Shown here piece by piece: positions 57,871-64,000 of a stretch of DNA of 64,000 bases. The position numbers and the translations under genes were made by a program. This DNA is from the human T2T-CHM13v2.0 reference genome, Homo sapiens. Below the pieces are notes generated by a model. That model worked only from the letters and a program-made list of their open reading frames with translations, was not told the DNA's origin and ran no database searches. How positions within the stretch are numbered: the stretch's first letter is position 1; every line of letters begins with the position of its first letter. The stretch lies in NCBI RefSeq assembly GCF_009914755.1, contig NC_060932.1; one strand, written 5' to 3'.

Positions 57871-60087
57871 CTGATTCCCTCATTCAAATGCTAATATTAA
57901 GACAACCAATTAACAAACATTGATTCCACTGGATATTTTTAGAAAGTTAAATCATTTAGAAAATGGTTTGTTTTAAAACTGAAAGCAAATCTCTGGTTTG
58001 CAATATTGTATTCTCTAATGGGAAAAAGGAAAGTTAAGCATGCCCTGGGTTTCTCTCCAAAACTTTCCCCTTGCTGCCCCTACGTTTTTCACATTTCCTT
58101 CTAATTCTTATAATTGAAATGCCAGGAAAATCCCCTGCTCTATTTCTGTCCCAAATAATAGATTTAGAGAGCAATGAGATATCATCATTACCCTGATGAT
58201 ATTCAGCTGTGCCATTCATTGCCTCTGGACTCAGATGGCACTCAGCCTCCATGATCCTTTCAGCAGCCAAGTCTGGAGGAGAGATGAGCTGGCATTCTTC
58301 CATATCATTAAAGACAGAGAGACCTGGCTAATATGCTTGAGAAACATCAAGGGACTTGAAAAAAGGAAGTTTGGGCTTTATCAAATGAGGTGATTCACAC
58401 AGACCAGCCTAGCATTAGTTTATTTCTAGATCTCAAGCTGCCCAAGTATTTCCAGGCAGCACCTATGGAAATGTGTGTCTTTTGTCTTCTTGCAATTAAC
58501 TTGAAACTTACAAGCTATATTCAATGATTTCATGTCTGCTTGGGAAAACTTCAAATTGAATTAAGAGCAGGCAAATTTGAACTTGGGCGGCGGTTATGTT
58601 GGTCCTGTGAAACAGAAAAGTTGGGATTCTTCAAAAGAAAAAAATGTATTTTTAACATATTACAGATGTAAACTCATTATACACTTTTTAAAGTAACTTT
58701 AAACTAGAATAAATCAAATGAACTAAAATCTTACTGACTCTACCCTCCCTTCCTACCTCCAGACTTGTAAGACAATATATTTAAAGACAGGTTGTCAGGA
58801 GAGAAATCCTGATAATTGGCCTTGAGTGTTCCCCATGTAAGATTCCTATCTTCTGACATGCCCTGACAAACAGCCAGATCATCACTGCTGAGGAAACAGA
58901 GAAGAAAGTTGCCTTCAGAATGTGTTTTTATGTGTAATATATGTGAAATGAATATAGTTTTAAGAAAACACAGAAAAAAAGCACTTGTTAATTATTAAAT
59001 GCACAATTTTTACAGTGTCACAGTAGTATACTGTATTCAGTTTTGGCACTAATGGTTTATTTTCCCATTAAAATTCAACATCAGGGAGAAATAAAACATC
59101 AGTGACATTCTTCCCATCAAAATGCATCAAGTGACAATAGCATTTTACCATGTGGTTAAATTGCCACTATCTAAGATAGATGACAGTTCTTTCAATGATT
59201 GCCAGCACTTCTTTTAGAGGGAATGATAATGTCTTTGCTATAAGTATCTGGCATAAAGAGAAAGAAAAAAGTCTTGATATGAGGACAGCCATTTTAGAAA
59301 CATGAGGTAACATTACTTTTTTTCTTAACCTATAATAGATACAATTTCATCCTGATGCCAGAAACAATGCCAAGTAAAATTCTTTTTCATTAAATGAGTT
59401 TACATTGTAGGAAAAATATGTCATAAGCATATGATACTTCAGGATAAGCCCATGCTACTGCAGGAGGCTCCCGAATTCAAGATGGTACTCAATTTCCTTA
59501 ACTACCTGGGAATTCTACAGGTCAGCTTTTAAAACTCCATGCCCTCTTTCAAACTTCTGTCATTTTTCACTAAAAAAGCATAGGCTAAATTCATTTTCAC
59601 TATTCACTATTATGCGACTTTCACTAATATGCGACTTTCATAGATGCTCACTAAATATTTTCTGAAAGACAAAACCTCAGCCATATAACTTGTTTCTCAA
59701 TCTTCAGTCTTATTTAATAGGCATGGCTTTTTTGTGGGAAAAATGTGGAATGAAGGAGGTGAGAAAGTTATAGTATAAATGGAGCAGTCAGTTAATGTTT
59801 TGTTCTTCAGAATTTCTGAGAGCTAAGGATTGCTACATTGTCTTATTACTTATTCATATAATTAAGAATAGACATTTATATTTACAAGATTGCAGTTAGC
59901 TCTCAGATCTCTATGAAATACATACATCTATACATATTAATATTTATATGTAGTCTTTTAATAGTCACATTCCATCAGAGAGCAGGATAGTATGATTATT
60001 CTCATTTTTACATCAAGAGAATTTGTTCCAAAGCCACACGACAGACCTCCTGGGACTTGTAACATCCAATCCAATAGCTTTTCCTTT

Positions 60088-60244
60088 AGTCTCACTACTC
60101 GATGTGTGATCTGCAGCAGTTGTCGCATCACCTGGAAGCCTGATAGAAATGCGAAGTCTAGGTTCTTACTGAGTTTCACTGAGCCAGAACCGCCTTTGAA
60201 TTCCCCAAGTGATAACTCTGCACATTCAATCTTGAGCAGCACTG
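60088..60244. mobile_element. MER5A/B hAT element
   Basis: gcatcacctggaagcctgatagaaatgc, ccccaagtgat..tgcacatt..ttgagcagcactg. Confidence 0.8.
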
Positions 60245-60824
60245 CACTCTGCCATAGAGCCTCCTTCACAACGAGCTGCCCAGCAATCAATCAATTCATC
60301 AAGATTATTGATAGGAAATATTTCTCACCCACAGTTTATACCTAGTACTTTTAGCTTTATCATCCAACATGAGAAATACTTTAACTGGGCAGATGTTTTT
60401 TGGAGACAGCTCTAGCAGAGTGGCTGTTCTTCAAATGCTATGAAGCTTGAAGGGAGAGGGTTCTGATTTTCCAGGTATCAGGTTCTATCTAGGCCTAGTT
60501 CATTCATTTAGCATGGTTCTGCCCTCTTTCCTCATGAAACAGGAACTAAAAAGGACTAAGTTAATTCAGTTTAACCAGGCAAAATGTCAGGTTGTATGAC
60601 ATTTTCAGACTTGCTACTAAGTCAAAAATTTGATGTACATGTAACAACTGTATAAAATGGGTTTATTTCTGTTTTATACATTAGGAAACTGAGGCTTATA
60701 TATAATTTGTCTATAGTCATATACATAGATTGTAGAATAGGAAATTAAATCTCCATATATCTGACCCCAGTCTGTTCTCTTAACCAAGAGGCTACTCTAA
60801 CTCCCTAAATTAAGGTGAGCCTGT

Positions 60825-60854
60825 GTGCACGTGTGTGTGTATGTGTGTGTGTGT
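60825..60854. repeat. Imperfect (TG)n
   Basis: Direct reading. Confidence 0.8.
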
Positions 60855-61544
60855 AAATGTGTTATCTTCAGGGCAGAAAATGTGGGAATATAAAATTATG
60901 TATACTACAAAAGTCTTATGATCTTTATCCATCTGGGATTGTAGATGTTTATTAAATATGAATGAATACTATATGTATTAACTTCTATCTCCTCTGTTAA
61001 TTATTATTATTAGAAATCCATGTATTTGTTTATATTTTCCATTAATTTTGTACATGTATTACTAAGTATTCTCTCCCTTATTGCCATTCCCAGGAATATA
61101 TTATTTTTTGTTGGTGTAGTTGAGCAAATGTGATCACAGGCCAAGAATGTTTTCAAATATTTGCTTATATAATTATCACAATTAACACATATAAAAAATT
61201 GTTCCTTTTTTTTCAAAGATTGTATATTCAATAACTCTATAGAAAGATGAATTAAAAGCCTTGAGTTTTAATTCCAACTTTGCTATACTTTATGGGACCT
61301 TAATATGAAACTGAACATTAATGAATCTCATTGCCATTTTTGGAAAATAGGGGTAATTATGCCTTGTTGAAAAATAATTTATTATGGTATCAAACCAACA
61401 AATGAGTCCTACATATATGAAGTTTTACTGCCCTTCAATAAAAGGAAGAATACAGGTAGTTTTTTAAAAGAAGTAGATACTGAAATTTGATTTATATATT
61501 ATGGGAAAGTGCTTTATGGAAACATCAACACCTACTGCCAGCAC

Positions 61545-61910
61545 TTTTGTACTTACTGTTCTCACTGCTTGCTTGGAATACAGCTTCCTCAGATATGTGC
61601 ATATTTTCTGTCTTCAATTCACAACACTACTTAAATGGCATCTCAGAGAGGACTTCCCTGGCCATCACATCCACAACAGCAGGCTGTTTTTTATTCCCTC
61701 AGTTTTTCTTCACAGTACTTAACCTGCAATTTTTCTCTATTCCTAGTTCAGTATTTGTTTATTTTGTGTTGCCTACCTTAGAATGCGAGCTCTATAAAAA
61801 TAAGAACTTTGGCTGCTTTGTTAACCATTCAATCTCCAGAGCCCAGAATCGTAACTGGCAAAGAGCAGATTTAGAGCAATTGTTTGTTGAATAAATGAAT
61901 AGATAAATTA
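61545..61910 (+). mobile_element. L2a-like 3' end
   Basis: ctcagagaggacttccctggcca, tagaatgcgagctc, tttgttgaataaatgaat. Confidence 0.85.
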
Positions 61911-61961
61911 AGTCAATATATAGCTATAGGCAAAGAATGAATAATAATGGCACTATTAGTA

Positions 61962-62065
61962 CTGCTGTTGCTGCTGCTGCTACTACTACTACTATAACAA
62001 CAACAACTACTACTACTACTACAAAACTACTACTACTACTACAACTACTACTACTACTACTACTA
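61962..62065. repeat. Compound trinucleotide repeat (CTG)n(CTA)n(ACA)n(CTA)n
   Basis: Direct reading. Confidence 0.95.
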
Positions 62066-62540
62066 TCAGCTTAATAATTGGGTTTTTACTATGTACCAGG
62101 CACTGTATGCATTATCTTAACAAACTCTCACAACAACCTGTGGCAGTAGATATAATTACCTACATTTCCCAAATAAGGAAATTAAAGTTTTAGTTAGATT
62201 CAATGTACAGCAAAGATTGAGAATCAATGACTAGATTAAGTCATTGATTACCTGGTAACATTGGAATTACCTGGTAAACCTTTTAAAGTATTGGTACACA
62301 GGTTCCAATCTCAGAGTTCTGATTTAAGTGCAATTCCCAACAATAATGCAATTAAATTAAAACATCTAGGGATGGGAACAGGATATCAGTATTTTTAAAA
62401 ACTCATTGTTCTAAAGTACAGCCACCATTGAGAACCACTCACTGGCTTAGATAAAGTAACTAACTTCCTCCAGGTCACTTGGTCAGGAAGTGGTGGAGCA
62501 GAGATTTAATCCCTGTTTCTCTGACTTCTTCCCAATCCTT
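62066..62540 (-). mobile_element. MIR interrupted by MER5-type pieces (~62195-62440)
   Basis: tactatgtaccaggcactgt..ctcacaacaacc; MER5 end gtacagcca..ttgagaaccact; the MIR resumes aagtaactaactt..caggtcac. Confidence 0.75.
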
Positions 62541-63293
62541 CCTCCATATTTTGCATATTCTCTGAGGCAGACTCTCTGGTATTTGAGTGCCTTACCAACT
62601 GCAATATTGCTAACTGTGACTTTGAGATAATACGGTTTTATTTCTAATAGTGTGATTTTAAATTTTGTGTTCTTCTTACATTCAGTTTAGTTTCCTTACA
62701 TGCAAGAACCTGATGGTAATTATTGCTTTCTGTTCCTGTGTACTGTACAAGTACAAGTACAAGTGGGTTTACAAAGTAATATACAGAAAGAACAGTATAC
62801 TCTTCCAATGGATATGAAAGGTCAAGGCCTGAAAACAATTTTGTAACTATCATAATAATTTTTAAAGGAGCAGAAATGGGCTACAAAGGCACTGTGTTGT
62901 AACTTGATAAAATAAATAAGAGAGACTCCCAGGGTAAAATACATTGGATTTAAAGCCAAGTCTAAATCCTAAAAACCAAACAAACAAACAAACAAGAAAC
63001 ACAACAAAGGGTTTCTGTAATATCAAACTTGGGTTTGTTTTGAAAATAGATGATTTCAGAAATTTTTACTTACCACTTCAAGTTCCAAGAGATCATCATA
63101 CCTCCAAATGTAAAAAATGCTTTTCAGGATTATAGCCTCAACTGTGAGAGATTCATTTGTATCAGCATATAGACCCAGATGGCATTGAAATGGTGCATTA
63201 CAAAGTGGTAAATGATGCAAGCTCTGAAGTGAAGAAGAGTGGAATGTGAAACCCATCTTGTCACGTTTAGTTGTGTGTCACAGGGTGAGCACT

Positions 63294-63577
63294 CTAAATT
63301 CCTTGAGACTGTGGCAATTAATAATTGCCACAACAGATTAGTATAAAAATAAAAGATAATATAGACAAAAATATTAGTATAATATCTGATTTATAGTACT
63401 CAATATTTCATTGCTGGAGATTTGAGACTAAATTCCTTGAGACTTATATGTTTAAGTCTCATCTCAATAGAAAATGAAATTAATAATTGACACAACAGAG
63501 TACTGTGAAAATAAGAGATAATATAGACAGAAATATTAGTATAATATCTGATATATATAATTCAATATTTTGTTGCT
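63294..63577. repeat. Diverged tandem duplication (63294-63415 vs 63428-63577)
   Basis: Shared ctaaattccttgagact and aattaataattg.cacaacaga...gataatatagaca.aaatattagtataatatctgat...caatattt..ttgct. Confidence 0.9.
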
Positions 63578-64000
63578 ATTTTTAGTAATCAAATACGCAA
63601 CCTTCTAAAATTAAGACGGATTTAGATGCATGGAATGAATTTATGTAGCATAAGTCCATACAGGTATGTCTATTCATGTTACTTGCTACTACTAATGTAT
63701 TAATTGCTTGGAAAATAACCAGTAATTTGAGGAGTTTATAATTTAGCTGGAAAATTAAAAGACATAAAGAGAATTGAAAAAAAAACACACACACAAGATA
63801 TCACATTGATAGTATTTATCATAGATAAGCAATCACTAACACTGGAATGGATAATAAATGCCAGTGGAGTTTGGAAGAGGAAGTAATCACTTTTTGCTAG
63901 AATGGAAAAGAAAGGCTCATGGATGAGAGTTTGACTTAGAAGGCTATAAGGCTAAGTAATGTCTACACATTCCTCTTATTTGTCCCTTCATTTATTCAGT

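Noticed and set aside
59605-59640. 17-bp period duplication (tatgcgactttca twice)
   Set aside because: Only two short units; ordinary slippage
59958-60345. Antiparallel ORFs of 110 and 117 aa
   Set aside because: Both run through a MER5 element and show no coding signature
61487-61894. 135-aa hydrophobic ORF
   Set aside because: Lies within the L2 3' end; hydrophobicity follows from T-rich composition

Overview
AT-rich, CpG-poor, repeat-dense vertebrate DNA. AluJ/S/Y, L1PA and a MER11 (ERVK) LTR identify it as simian, probably catarrhine or human, and it looks intergenic or deep-intronic. I found no protein-coding gene, RNA gene, CpG island or CRISPR array. The supplied ORFs are chance ORFs or Alu/L1 remnants. 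The main structure is a ~6.4 kb twin-primed (5'-inverted) L1PA7-like element at 42596-48998 with a perfect 16-bp target site duplication (TSD), carrying a nested AluS and a nested MER11 solo LTR. Other items worth checking: two more inverted L1 insertions, a probable L4/RTE-type reverse transcriptase (RT) fossil at ~19.2-19.7 kb, several local duplications coupled to hairpins, a close inverted Alu pair, and a repeat-poor block at 58-59.3 kb with a candidate 93-bp exon and a homeodomain/TALE motif cluster. I see no evidence for a new biological system. Repeat family names come from my recollection of consensus sequences, not a database search, and boundaries of old elements are approximate.
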